From: a virus
Taxonomy: Duplodnaviria > Caudoviricetes
Strand: one strand, 5' to 3'
Virus record (IMG/VR): IMGVR_UViG_3300023170_004399
Coordinates: 32,001 to 96,000 of that record
Length of the DNA: 64,000 bases
In this document: positions 30,257 through 39,369 of the stretch, piece by piece
Numbering within the stretch: the stretch's first letter is position 1
Layout of the letters: every line of letters begins with the position of its first letter
Translations under genes and position numbers: made by a program
The notes under the pieces: model-generated
What the model was told of the DNA's origin: nothing
The model's database searches: none
Seen by the model: the letters and a program-made list of their open reading frames with translations, nothing else

Positions 30257-31441
30257 ATGAGCTCAGTTTTTAGTCATCACAGAACAACAGCAGATAGATC
30301 TGCTTCCGACAAAAGACGACATAAGCAAAAAATAGAAAAAGCAATAAAAGATGGCATACACAATATTGTAGCAGAAGAAAGTATAATAGGTCAGGATGGA
30401 AAGAAAAAAATTCGTATACCAGTAAGGGGTATAAAAGAATACAAATTTGTTTATGGAGCAAATCAAAAAAACTCACAAAAAGTCGGTGAAGGCGGTGATT
30501 TAGACGTAAAGCGTGGACAAAAAATTTCACAAGGTCAAAAAAAAGGTAAAAAAGGCAAAGATAATAAGGCAGGAGATAAAGCTGGCGAAGAATATTATGA
30601 CGTTGAAATAACTTTAGAAGAGTTGGCTGATTACTTATTTGCTGATTTAAATTTGCCTGACTTGCAAAAGAAAAATCTTAAAAAAATTATTTCATCTGGG
30701 TTTAAAAGAAAAGGTTACAGGAATTCTGGTATAAGACCCAGATTAAGTAAAAAAGAAACAGCGAAAAGACGCATAAAAAGAAAGAACGCAGCAATTAGAT
30801 CAGGTACATATGACCCTGAAAGTGATGAGTCGTTTTCATACCACGATGCTGATTTAAGATATAAACATATTAGTAAGAAAAATAAATACGCTAGTAATGC
30901 TTGTATATTTTTCGTAATGGATGTTAGTGGATCTATGAGTACTAATAAAAAGTATTTAGCTAGATCATTCTTTTTCTTACTTTATCACTTTATCAGATCA
31001 AAATATGAACAAACAGAGATAATATTTATTGCTCATGATACTAAACCATATGAAGTTGATGAAGACAAATTTTTTAAGAGAGGCTCCGGTGGCGGAACAA
31101 TTGTAAGTCCAGCTTACGAATACGTTTGCGATGCAATAGAATCTAGATACAATTCTGATAGTTGGAATTTGTATACATTTCATTGCAGTGATGGTGACAA
31201 TTGGGGTAATGATAATGAAAAAGTATTAACATGCATGCAAAAATTAAAAGAAAAGTGCCAATTTGTAGGATACTGTGAAATAGTGCCTGACAATGAAAAA
31301 TCGTTATGGTTAGATTCTGCGTCTCTTTCAAATACTTTAGCTCATTTGCAAGATGAGAAAATGAAAATATCGCATATAGAATCAAAAAATGATGTTTGGC
31401 CAGCTTTTACAGGATTTTTTGGAGGTATTGATGTCATTTAA
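30257..31441 (+). CDS. yeaH: YeaH/YhbH (UPF0229, DUF444) VWA-domain protein
   Basis: DKRRHKQKI..EESII..IPVRGIKEYKF, FFVMDVSGSM, GGGTIVS and FHCSDGDNW; clustered with spoVR and prkA. Confidence 0.9.
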   Translation: MSSVFSHHRTTADRSASDKRRHKQKIEKAIKDGIHNIVAEESIIGQDGKKKIRIPVRGIKEYKFVYGANQKNSQKVGEGGDLDVKRGQKISQGQKKGKKGKDNKAGDKAGEEYYDVEITLEELADYLFADLNLPDLQKKNLKKIISSGFKRKGYRNSGIRPRLSKKETAKRRIKRKNAAIRSGTYDPESDESFSYHDADLRYKHISKKNKYASNACIFFVMDVSGSMSTNKKYLARSFFFLLYHFIRSKYEQTEIIFIAHDTKPYEVDEDKFFKRGSGGGTIVSPAYEYVCDAIESRYNSDSWNLYTFHCSDGDNWGNDNEKVLTCMQKLKEKCQFVGYCEIVPDNEKSLWLDSASLSNTLAHLQDEKMKISHIESKNDVWPAFTGFFGGIDVI

Positions 31442-31754
31442 ACCTGGAGATTTAGTTAATTACACATGGGAAATATTTAAATCCATACCAGACAAAGATG
31501 GCAATTACAATCCAGGTAATAACGATTATGACCTCGCGGAAACATCAGTTTTGATAGACGATACTGAGAAACTTGGCGGTATAATTGTCGAATGTTTTCA
31601 ATCACACATTATTTCTACAGAGATATTGGTGGAGTTAGAAAAACCAGGTGATTATTTAATTGATTATATTAATGATTGTGAAGATTTTGCAAATGTGTTA
31701 TTTGGCAAAGAGTTGCATGTTTGTTCTTTCAACAATTTAAGGAAAGTGTTATGA
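31431..31754 (+). CDS. Small hypothetical protein (FKPGDLV start, KOW-like) between yeaH and spoVR
   Basis: ATG at 31431 after a GGAGGT SD; overlaps both neighbours. Confidence 0.6.
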   Translation: MSFKPGDLVNYTWEIFKSIPDKDGNYNPGNNDYDLAETSVLIDDTEKLGGIIVECFQSHIISTEILVELEKPGDYLIDYINDCEDFANVLFGKELHVCSFNNLRKVL

Positions 31755-33040
31755 GTTGGACATTACAAGATTTAGAAGAGTGGGATGAAAAAATATGTGA
31801 TATTGCAAAGAAGCATAATTTAGATTGGTATCCTATAACATATGAAACATGTGATTACTATGAAATGTTAGGAAATATGTCATATCATGGTATGCCTACA
31901 CATTATGGTCATTGGTCTTATGGTAAATCATTTGAGTTACAACATAGTCAATATCAGCATGGGATGACTGGTCTTCCCTATGAGTTAATCATTAATAGTG
32001 ACCCATGTATATCATACTTAATGTTAGAAAATCCACTTTATTTGCAAATATTAATAATGGCACATTGTGTAGGTCACTCTGATTTTTTTAAAAATAACAG
32101 AATGTTCAAATATACAAGGGCTGATACAGTTGTACCTAGAATGCGTAATGCAAAAAAGAGAATACAGTCATACATTGAAGATCCGAGTATAGGAATTGAA
32201 AAAGTAGAAAGAGTAATTGATGCATGTCATGCTATTTCATATCAAATCCCGAGACATCCTAGCAAAATATCAGTTATTAGTGAAGATTATAATGCTTGGC
32301 AGATAGAAAATAAAAACAATAAAAATGTTGATATAGAGCAACTACCACATGAAAAAATATATGACATAATGGGTTTTATTTCTAGTTTCGGTGAAATAAA
32401 AGAAGATTGGAAAAAAGATATTATAGAAATAGTAAGAGATGAAGCTTATTATTTTATGCCACAAATTAGAACAAAGATTATGAATGAAGGATGGGCATGT
32501 TTTTGGCACTACAAAATACTACATGATTTAGATTTGCCACAAGAATATCACTTACCTTTTCTTAAATCTCACAACCAAGTTGTAAGGCCGCACATAGGCG
32601 GAATAAATCCTTACAATTTAGGGTTTCATTTATTTAATAAAATACATGAAAGACATGGTTTAGAAGAGTGTTTTATAGCAAGAGAAGCGCATAACGATGA
32701 ATCATTTGTTAGGCAATATTTAACGCAAGAAGATTGCGAAGAACTCAATCTATTTTCTATAAAGAAACAAGGCGATGACTTATATGTTGGCGATGTATCT
32801 GATGAAGAAGGTTGGAAAACAATCAAAAACAGCCTGTTGCAACAAATAGCTGGCAATCAAATTCCCGTCATATACATTCAGGAAGTAGAAAAAAACAAAA
32901 ATTTAATTTTACATCATGAGCATGATCATAGAGAATTGGATCTAAATCATGCTTCTGCAGTTGTTGGACATATACAAGAATTGTGGGGAAATGATGTTTC
33001 ACTAATTACAATGATAGACAATGCACCTTATGAAGTTTAG
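31751..33040 (+). CDS. spoVR: SpoVR/YcgB family protein
   Basis: GMPTHYGHWSYGK, YELIINSDP, AHCVGHSDFFKNN and TKIMNEGWACFWH; ATG at 31751. Confidence 0.92.
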   Translation: MSWTLQDLEEWDEKICDIAKKHNLDWYPITYETCDYYEMLGNMSYHGMPTHYGHWSYGKSFELQHSQYQHGMTGLPYELIINSDPCISYLMLENPLYLQILIMAHCVGHSDFFKNNRMFKYTRADTVVPRMRNAKKRIQSYIEDPSIGIEKVERVIDACHAISYQIPRHPSKISVISEDYNAWQIENKNNKNVDIEQLPHEKIYDIMGFISSFGEIKEDWKKDIIEIVRDEAYYFMPQIRTKIMNEGWACFWHYKILHDLDLPQEYHLPFLKSHNQVVRPHIGGINPYNLGFHLFNKIHERHGLEECFIAREAHNDESFVRQYLTQEDCEELNLFSIKKQGDDLYVGDVSDEEGWKTIKNSLLQQIAGNQIPVIYIQEVEKNKNLILHHEHDHRELDLNHASAVVGHIQELWGNDVSLITMIDNAPYEV

Positions 33041-33056
33041 TTAGGAGAATAACAAT

Positions 33057-34979
33057 ATGTCAAAATATTTAGAAATTATTGAGAAACAAAGAAAAGACAA
33101 AAAGTCTGATAAGTTTGAAGGTACTTTTTTAGATTATCTGAAAGAACTAGAAAGCGATCCGTCCATAGCACAACATGCGCACAAGAGATTGTATAATGCG
33201 ATATGTGAAAAAGGTATTAACACAATATCAGCTGATGACGACAGAAAGCATAAAATATTTAATGGTGATAACATTAAAATTTATGATTATTTCAAAGATC
33301 ATTTCTATGGCAATGAAAGAGTAATAGAAAAGCTTATGAGGTTTTTAAAAGGAGCTGCACTTAGAGGTGAAGAATCTAGACAAGTGTTGCTTTTAATGGG
33401 ACCAGTTGGTGCTGGTAAATCAGCATTGACGGAACATATTAAAGCAGCATTAGAAGACAAACCTTATTATCACTTAAAAGATGATCCTCAACGTGGAGAA
33501 CCATTGCAACTGTTGCCTAGATCTTTGAGAGAAGACTTTGAAAAAATGTTAGATGTTAAGATTGAAGGTGATTTATCGCCAATAGCTCGGTATAAATTGT
33601 TAGAAGAGCATGATGGTAAATATGAAAATTTCCCTGTAGTCAAAAGTACTTTTTCGCAAAGGGGACGTCGTGGAATTGCTTCTGTGCCACCTATGGATGC
33701 TAATAGTCAAGATGTTTCTGTGCTTATTGGTTCAGAAGATATAAGTAAGTTAGATAAATTTAGTGAAGATGATCCCCGTGTTTTAAATCTTACTGGCGCA
33801 TTTAATGTTGGTAACAGGGGTATCGTTGAGTTGATAGAGGTGTTTAAAAATGAAATTGAATTTCTTCACACGATTATTACAGCAACTCAAGAAAAACGAG
33901 TACCTGCTCCTGGTAAGCATGATATGGTGTTTTTCGATGGTGTTATTTTGGCACATTGTAACGAGTCTGAATGGAATAGATTTAAATCAGAACACACAAA
34001 CGAAGCAATCCTCGACAGAGTAGTTAAGATTAATGTCCCATATGTTTTAGAATTAGATCAAGAATCCAGAATTTATGAAAAGATTTTAGCAAAATCAGAT
34101 TTTGATGCTCATATTGCACCACATACAATCAAGGTTGCAAGTATGTTCTCTGTTATGAGTAGACTTAAAGAATCTGCTAAGTGTGATTTGCTTACAAAGA
34201 TGAAAATTTATAATGGGGAAGACGTAATTGAAAAAGGTCGAGTTAAAAAAATAGACATAAAAGATTTGCGAGAAGAATCACGTGATGAAGGCATGACTGG
34301 TATTAGTACAAGGTTTATCATGAAAGCTATTGACAATGCTTTGTGTGACAGTGAAAATGAATGTATTACTCCGGTGGGTGTTATTAATTCCGTGACCAAG
34401 ATGGTGAAAGAACAAATAGTTAATGCTGATTTTAGAGAAAAGTGTTTGGAGATTATACAAAAAACTGTACGCGAAGAATATCTTAAAATACTTGAGACTG
34501 AGATTGCTAAAGCATTTATTACAGCATATGAAGAACAAGCACAGTCATTATTTGATACGTATTTAGATAATGCTGAAGCTTATACTACTAAAACAAAACT
34601 TAAAGACAAAGTAACTAAAGAAGAAAGATCAGCTGATGAGCAATTTATGAAGTCTATAGAAGAAGTTATCGGTATTAGTGGTAGTTCTAGACAGGGCTTT
34701 AGATCTGATGTGACAGCTTATATGTTCTCGAGAATGAGACGTGGCGAAAAAGTAGATTATAAAAGCTATGAACCTTTGAAAGAAGCAATTGAGAGTTACC
34801 TAATTAATTCAGTAAAAGATATGGCTAGAATTGTTACAAAGTCTAAAACCAGAGATGATGAACAAAAAGCAAAATATTCTGATATGGTAAAAACACTAAT
34901 AGATGAATATGGTTACAATGAAACTTCAGCTGAAGAAATTTTAACTTATGCATCTAATAACCTTTGGAGAGATTCATGA
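33057..34979 (+). CDS. prkA: PrkA/YeaG AAA+ ATPase (annotated serine protein kinase family)
   Basis: Walker A LMGPVGAGKS, EDDPRV..GAFNVGNRGIVELIEVFK, NEAILDR..VPYVL and EGMTGISTRF. Confidence 0.92.
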   Translation: MSKYLEIIEKQRKDKKSDKFEGTFLDYLKELESDPSIAQHAHKRLYNAICEKGINTISADDDRKHKIFNGDNIKIYDYFKDHFYGNERVIEKLMRFLKGAALRGEESRQVLLLMGPVGAGKSALTEHIKAALEDKPYYHLKDDPQRGEPLQLLPRSLREDFEKMLDVKIEGDLSPIARYKLLEEHDGKYENFPVVKSTFSQRGRRGIASVPPMDANSQDVSVLIGSEDISKLDKFSEDDPRVLNLTGAFNVGNRGIVELIEVFKNEIEFLHTIITATQEKRVPAPGKHDMVFFDGVILAHCNESEWNRFKSEHTNEAILDRVVKINVPYVLELDQESRIYEKILAKSDFDAHIAPHTIKVASMFSVMSRLKESAKCDLLTKMKIYNGEDVIEKGRVKKIDIKDLREESRDEGMTGISTRFIMKAIDNALCDSENECITPVGVINSVTKMVKEQIVNADFREKCLEIIQKTVREEYLKILETEIAKAFITAYEEQAQSLFDTYLDNAEAYTTKTKLKDKVTKEERSADEQFMKSIEEVIGISGSSRQGFRSDVTAYMFSRMRRGEKVDYKSYEPLKEAIESYLINSVKDMARIVTKSKTRDDEQKAKYSDMVKTLIDEYGYNETSAEEILTYASNNLWRDS

Positions 34980-35111
34980 TACTAGCTAATCTAGTATATT
35001 ATTTGTGTTTATTAATATATACATTTCCTATAGCCTTAATATTTGGTTATATATTTTATGAAATGTTTAATGAATACAAATAAATTTTTATAAAAATTAT
35101 GTGTGCATTGT

Positions 35112-35157
35112 ATAATGAATTATACTGTTAATAGCGGTATAATTCATTATCTTTTTT
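35112..35157 (+). promoter_or_regulatory. 14-bp perfect inverted repeat with T tract (terminator, attenuator or operator) just upstream of an SD
   Basis: ATAATGAATTATAC (35112-35125) and GTATAATTCATTAT (35137-35150), followed by CTTTTTTAGGAG. Confidence 0.6.
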
Positions 35158-35168
35158 AGGAGTAAACT

Positions 35169-36440
35169 ATGGGTGGTGGTGCTGGTCACATGAGACATCC
35201 TTTTGATTTATTTAAAATCAAAAACGGATCTGATCTTTTAAATTTCTTTTATAACATAAAAAATGATATACAGTCTGATAGACAAAAAAGTTATAACTTA
35301 AAATCTGATGGCACGAACGTGCTTTTAAAAGTAAGCGGCAATCAGTTAGTCGTAGATAGAGGTTCAATGAAACCTGAAGATGTTAATGGTATGACGTTAA
35401 CGGATGCTGCTGAAAGATACCCTGAAGGGCATGGTTTGCGAGATGCAACTTTAATTTGCACTAGTATTTTAAATAAAGCATTTCCAAAAATACAAAATGA
35501 GCTTAAGTCATTAGGGCTGCTTGACAATAATTTTTATTGTATTAATGTTGAATATGTTCCTGCTGGTAAAATGAATGCTACTGATTATGAGAAAAATTAT
35601 TTATTTGTGCATGGCGTCAATGCTTATTATGAAAAATCTTATAGAGGCGTAGAAAGACCGGGTTTGGAAAGACCGTTGGTTTATGATCCAAAAAAGCAAA
35701 AACATGTACCTACTAAGGACAAAAGCGTTGAATTGCCATATGATAAAAATGCTTTATTCAGTTTAATTAATAAGTTAAACAACGTAGCGAAAGACTTAAG
35801 CTTTGGAGATTTAGGCAATTTCGAAGTAGTAGGACCAGTTGATGTTATGCATCTTGATGAAAGAGAGATACAATACACTTCGTTAAAAAAACCATTTTCT
35901 ATTAATTTCTCAGAAAGATTTTTAAGAAAAAATGAAGAAATTAGGCATTTACAAGGTTCATCACTTAAAACTTGGTTGCTTCACGTGAAAAATAAACCAG
36001 CTCAATATCATAGTGGAAATTATGATGTATTTTTTGAGACATCTGACAGAAAGAAAATTAACCCTTATCATAAGAAAACTTATACTGAAACTGTTATCGA
36101 CAAAACCAGGTTTTTAGATGAAATTGTTATAGATCATGATATAAGAAGTTTTATTGATGGAATGGTTTTAATTCATGCAACAAAGGAACTAGGGCAAGAT
36201 TTTTTAAATGGTTTGACTACAAAAGACTTTGGACACATTGTTTACAGTGATGATGGACAACATGAAGGCGTAGTTATTCGTGATAAATCTTACAGTGATT
36301 TTCCTTTTAAAATTACCGGCGACTTTATTGTGGATGGACAATATGGGAGATTAGCAGCTAAAATGGCAGAAAAAAAAGTGACTTTAGAAGTTGCTGCTAA
36401 CGCAAAAATATTACTACAAACTTTAAAAAATCATTTTTAA
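35169..36440 (+). CDS. Conserved phage protein with ATP-dependent ligase-like nucleotidyltransferase motifs
   Basis: GGGAGHMRHPFD start; KSDG (motif I KxDG), EGVVIR (motif IV) and FKITG (motif V). Confidence 0.5.
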   Translation: MGGGAGHMRHPFDLFKIKNGSDLLNFFYNIKNDIQSDRQKSYNLKSDGTNVLLKVSGNQLVVDRGSMKPEDVNGMTLTDAAERYPEGHGLRDATLICTSILNKAFPKIQNELKSLGLLDNNFYCINVEYVPAGKMNATDYEKNYLFVHGVNAYYEKSYRGVERPGLERPLVYDPKKQKHVPTKDKSVELPYDKNALFSLINKLNNVAKDLSFGDLGNFEVVGPVDVMHLDEREIQYTSLKKPFSINFSERFLRKNEEIRHLQGSSLKTWLLHVKNKPAQYHSGNYDVFFETSDRKKINPYHKKTYTETVIDKTRFLDEIVIDHDIRSFIDGMVLIHATKELGQDFLNGLTTKDFGHIVYSDDGQHEGVVIRDKSYSDFPFKITGDFIVDGQYGRLAAKMAEKKVTLEVAANAKILLQTLKNHF

Positions 36441-36449
36441 GAGGTCAAT

Positions 36450-36635
36450 ATGAAAATTATAAATGAATTATTTAGCGAGGACAACATCTATAGATTTTTA
36501 TTAGCATTTGCAATATTGTTGATTGTGTATAGCGGATATGTAGAAGTTAAAGAAAGAAAAGCTATTGAGAAAAGATTTAAGAGAATAGAAACTATTTTAG
36601 ATATATGTCACGAAGAGGTGTGTTATGAAAATTAA
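36450..36635 (+). CDS. Small single-pass membrane protein
   Basis: 61 aa, one hydrophobic segment, GAGG SD. Confidence 0.55.
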   Translation: MKIINELFSEDNIYRFLLAFAILLIVYSGYVEVKERKAIEKRFKRIETILDICHEEVCYEN

Positions 36636-36876
36636 TTTAGGCTTCCCAGAAATTTTGCTAGTATTGAGTTATCTTTTTTACAAAGTTTCTTTTACATATT
36701 CTGTCCTTTGTTTCATAATTGCTATTGCAGCAAAGATTATTGATTATGCTCTAGAGTACAGTAAGGTTGCTGAAATACAAAAATTAGTATTTAATTCTAT
36801 AGAAAAATTAACGCAGTATTTTGAAAATGAAAAACAAAGCAAAAAAGTATCAGAAGACAAAGTTCTTAAAGGTTGA
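36625..36876 (+). CDS. Small membrane protein
   Basis: 83 aa, two hydrophobic segments, GAGG SD. Confidence 0.55.
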   Translation: MKINLGFPEILLVLSYLFYKVSFTYSVLCFIIAIAAKIIDYALEYSKVAEIQKLVFNSIEKLTQYFENEKQSKKVSEDKVLKG

Positions 36877-38044
36877 AAATCTGTCACAAAGTGTTATATC
36901 ACACGTGGTTTCTACTGCGGACATGTGGCATAATAAAAAAGGTTTGATTAAGTCAAATATTTACCATCTGGGTGTATCAAGTGCATCTAGATGGTTTTTA
37001 TCTTTAGAGAAGAATGAAGTTGATAATGAAATATCCAAGATAATATTAGATGCGTGTCAAGCTATTGAAAAATATGAACCTGGCAGCTCATCTTTACTTT
37101 TTTATTATTTAGCAAATAAAATAAAAAGAGAATCTGATTTTAGATTAGGAACAAAAGAAATAATAAAAAATATTAAAAGACACGTGTCTGCAGAAGCAGC
37201 TACTATAGTTGAAAATGTTTTTGACAATATAAGTCCGACAACTCATATATCTGTTATAGATAGCAATTCTAGTGAAAACGTAATTGAATTAAAAAATGGA
37301 TACAGGTCAGATTTAGTAATAGACAAGAATTTTTCGAAAATGATAGGTACAAACAACATTGTTTTAAATGATGTTAGTATACTTTTAATTGAAGGTGCCA
37401 TAGCAAGTGTAAGCGAAATAAATACATTTCTAACTAAGGCAAATGAAACTCAGCAAAATTGGTTGTTAATATGCAGAAGCTTCCCAGAAGAATTAATTGC
37501 TACGCTGGGTACTAACTGGCTTAAAAGAAAGTTAAATGTTGTACCATTGCAATACGGTACATCATACAAAAATATCAATGCGTTAGTAGACTTAATTAAA
37601 ATTACTGGAGGAATGAGTATTAACTGTCAGTTTGGCGACGTGATAGCTATTGCATGTAATGAAGAAGAACGGTATGGTTTTGTTAACAAAGTACAAATAT
37701 ATAATAAAAACATAGTCCTAAACACTGATAAAGATATATCTGCGCATAAAAAATCACTTATAAATAAAATGTTAAGCGCAGAAGAAACATTACAACAAGT
37801 ATATGCGGAGAGAGTATCGAATTTAGCTAATGAGCTTTGTGAAATAAGATTAAGGAATAGTGACACATTAATAAAAGAAGAAGTCGACTGGGCCGTAAAA
37901 TATTATGTTAGTGGAGCATGCGGAGGCTTTATTAAGTGTGAAAATATTGTAATACCTAAAAAATGGCATGACGTGTGCGCACAGGTAGCTAAAAACTTAA
38001 CTGAAACATTAAAAACTATTGGTGGTGTTGTTAATTTTGCTTGA
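36827..38044 (+). CDS. Highly divergent, shortened GroEL/chaperonin-like protein
   Basis: Apical-domain pattern ILLIEGAIASVSEI..LLICRSFPEELIATLGTN..LVDLIKITGG; the GDGTTT ATP motif is replaced by PGSSS. Confidence 0.6.
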   Translation: MKNKAKKYQKTKFLKVENLSQSVISHVVSTADMWHNKKGLIKSNIYHLGVSSASRWFLSLEKNEVDNEISKIILDACQAIEKYEPGSSSLLFYYLANKIKRESDFRLGTKEIIKNIKRHVSAEAATIVENVFDNISPTTHISVIDSNSSENVIELKNGYRSDLVIDKNFSKMIGTNNIVLNDVSILLIEGAIASVSEINTFLTKANETQQNWLLICRSFPEELIATLGTNWLKRKLNVVPLQYGTSYKNINALVDLIKITGGMSINCQFGDVIAIACNEEERYGFVNKVQIYNKNIVLNTDKDISAHKKSLINKMLSAEETLQQVYAERVSNLANELCEIRLRNSDTLIKEEVDWAVKYYVSGACGGFIKCENIVIPKKWHDVCAQVAKNLTETLKTIGGVVNFA

Positions 38045-38114
38045 TATAGTTTTACAATTAAAAAAAATATTGTAATTATTCATTATAGCATATTTATATA
38101 CACGGGGAACAAAG

Positions 38115-38372
38115 ATGAGTGATAAATATTTGTCAACATACAAATCAGTAATGTCTATTTTGAAACAAGACGTAATACAAACTATTATCGATGGTACAAA
38201 CACTGGCACTTTTAACATCAACATTGAAGAAAGAGACAAGTTAATCAGAGTATTAGAAGCAAGCTTTGATGCTAAAAGTTATGAAATGTATAACGTAATG
38301 CAATCTGCGGTACCCAAAGAGACTAGTGTACCAAAAAAAAGTGGTGGCAGATCTGGAAAAAGTAAAAAGTAA
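38115..38372 (+). CDS. Hypothetical protein with basic tail
   Basis: 85-aa ORF in the operon. Confidence 0.6.
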   Translation: MSDKYLSTYKSVMSILKQDVIQTIIDGTNTGTFNINIEERDKLIRVLEASFDAKSYEMYNVMQSAVPKETSVPKKSGGRSGKSKK

Positions 38373-38860
38373 TGACTAGTCAAAAATCATGGTGTAAACA
38401 TTTAGTTGAATGTCATTGTGTTTTACCACAAATGCGTCAGCGTAAAGAAATAATATATCATAAATTTATTGTTTTCTCTACGATTGATCTAGATTCAAAT
38501 GTTGTTATACCAAAACATGCGGCATGTAACAACTGTGGTGTAATACATAACGTTATTGACATTTGCAAGAGTGAAATTTATGGTGGCAAAGAAGTAGGAG
38601 CAACAATATCAAAAGAAGATATTATGCTAATGATACCAAAAGAAATAAGTAATGTTCTGCAAAATTACAACTGTGAGTTACACGACTGGGAACACGTATT
38701 ACATATTTTTCAAAACAATTTGTGGATAGTAGAAGATTGTTTTATAGTTTTGTCGCGTGAAAGCGATGAAGATTCTGTTAGTGGAAAACTATTAAGAATA
38801 ACTGGGTCCAGTGCTTTCAGAATTGAGCCTTACATGTATAATACAATGGTGAAAAAATGA
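38372..38860 (+). CDS. Hypothetical Cys/His (zinc-binding-like) protein
   Basis: HLVECHC and CNNCG..C motifs; TAATG overlap. Confidence 0.6.
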   Translation: MTSQKSWCKHLVECHCVLPQMRQRKEIIYHKFIVFSTIDLDSNVVIPKHAACNNCGVIHNVIDICKSEIYGGKEVGATISKEDIMLMIPKEISNVLQNYNCELHDWEHVLHIFQNNLWIVEDCFIVLSRESDEDSVSGKLLRITGSSAFRIEPYMYNTMVKK

Positions 38861-39084
38861 GTGATGATGTAAAAGCAATAGAAGATAATATAAAAGCTAG
38901 AGAAATAGTACAAACAGTTTTAGATTATGGTGTTAACAATAATCAAATATTACAGATAATATATCTGTTTGCTTTGGAGTTAGAAGACCAACAGCATGTA
39001 AAAACAATAACAAAAATAATAAACGATATAAAATCAAACAAAAACGTTGCTAGTCAAAAATCTAGCATTTTATTAGGAGAGTAA
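38857..39084 (+). CDS. Small hypothetical protein
   Basis: 75 aa, ATGA overlap. Confidence 0.6.
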   Translation: MSDDVKAIEDNIKAREIVQTVLDYGVNNNQILQIIYLFALELEDQQHVKTITKIINDIKSNKNVASQKSSILLGE

Positions 39085-39085
39085 T

Positions 39086-39286
39086 ATGTCCATGGATATT
39101 AAAGAAAAATGGGAAGCAATTAAAGTTATCGTAGAGTCGCTTGAACTTGACGTACAAAAGAATGCTAATGGCAACGCGTCTGCTGGTGTTCGTGCACGTA
39201 AAGGTCTACGTCTTTTGAAAAAAGAAGCTGCTGAGCTAGTAAAAATTACTATTGAAGCAGAAAAAGCTTCAAAAGACAAAAAATAA
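39086..39286 (+). CDS. Histone H1-like nucleoid protein (Hc1/HctA-like)
   Basis: NANGNASAGVRARKGLRLLKKEAAELVK matches the GNKAAGTRARK(A)SLE core of Hc1-like proteins; AGGAG SD. Confidence 0.7.
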   Translation: MSMDIKEKWEAIKVIVESLELDVQKNANGNASAGVRARKGLRLLKKEAAELVKITIEAEKASKDKK

Positions 39287-39314
39287 ACATCATTTTATTT
39301 GCTTACATAATAAA

Positions 39315-39337
39315 AAAAGGCGGTTTTACCGCCTTTT
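39315..39337. terminator. Bidirectional Rho-independent terminator
   Basis: AAAAGGCGGT-TTT-ACCGCCTTTT between convergent genes. Confidence 0.85.
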
Positions 39338-39369
39338 GTTTATTTTGGATATAATTATTGTATGATAAT

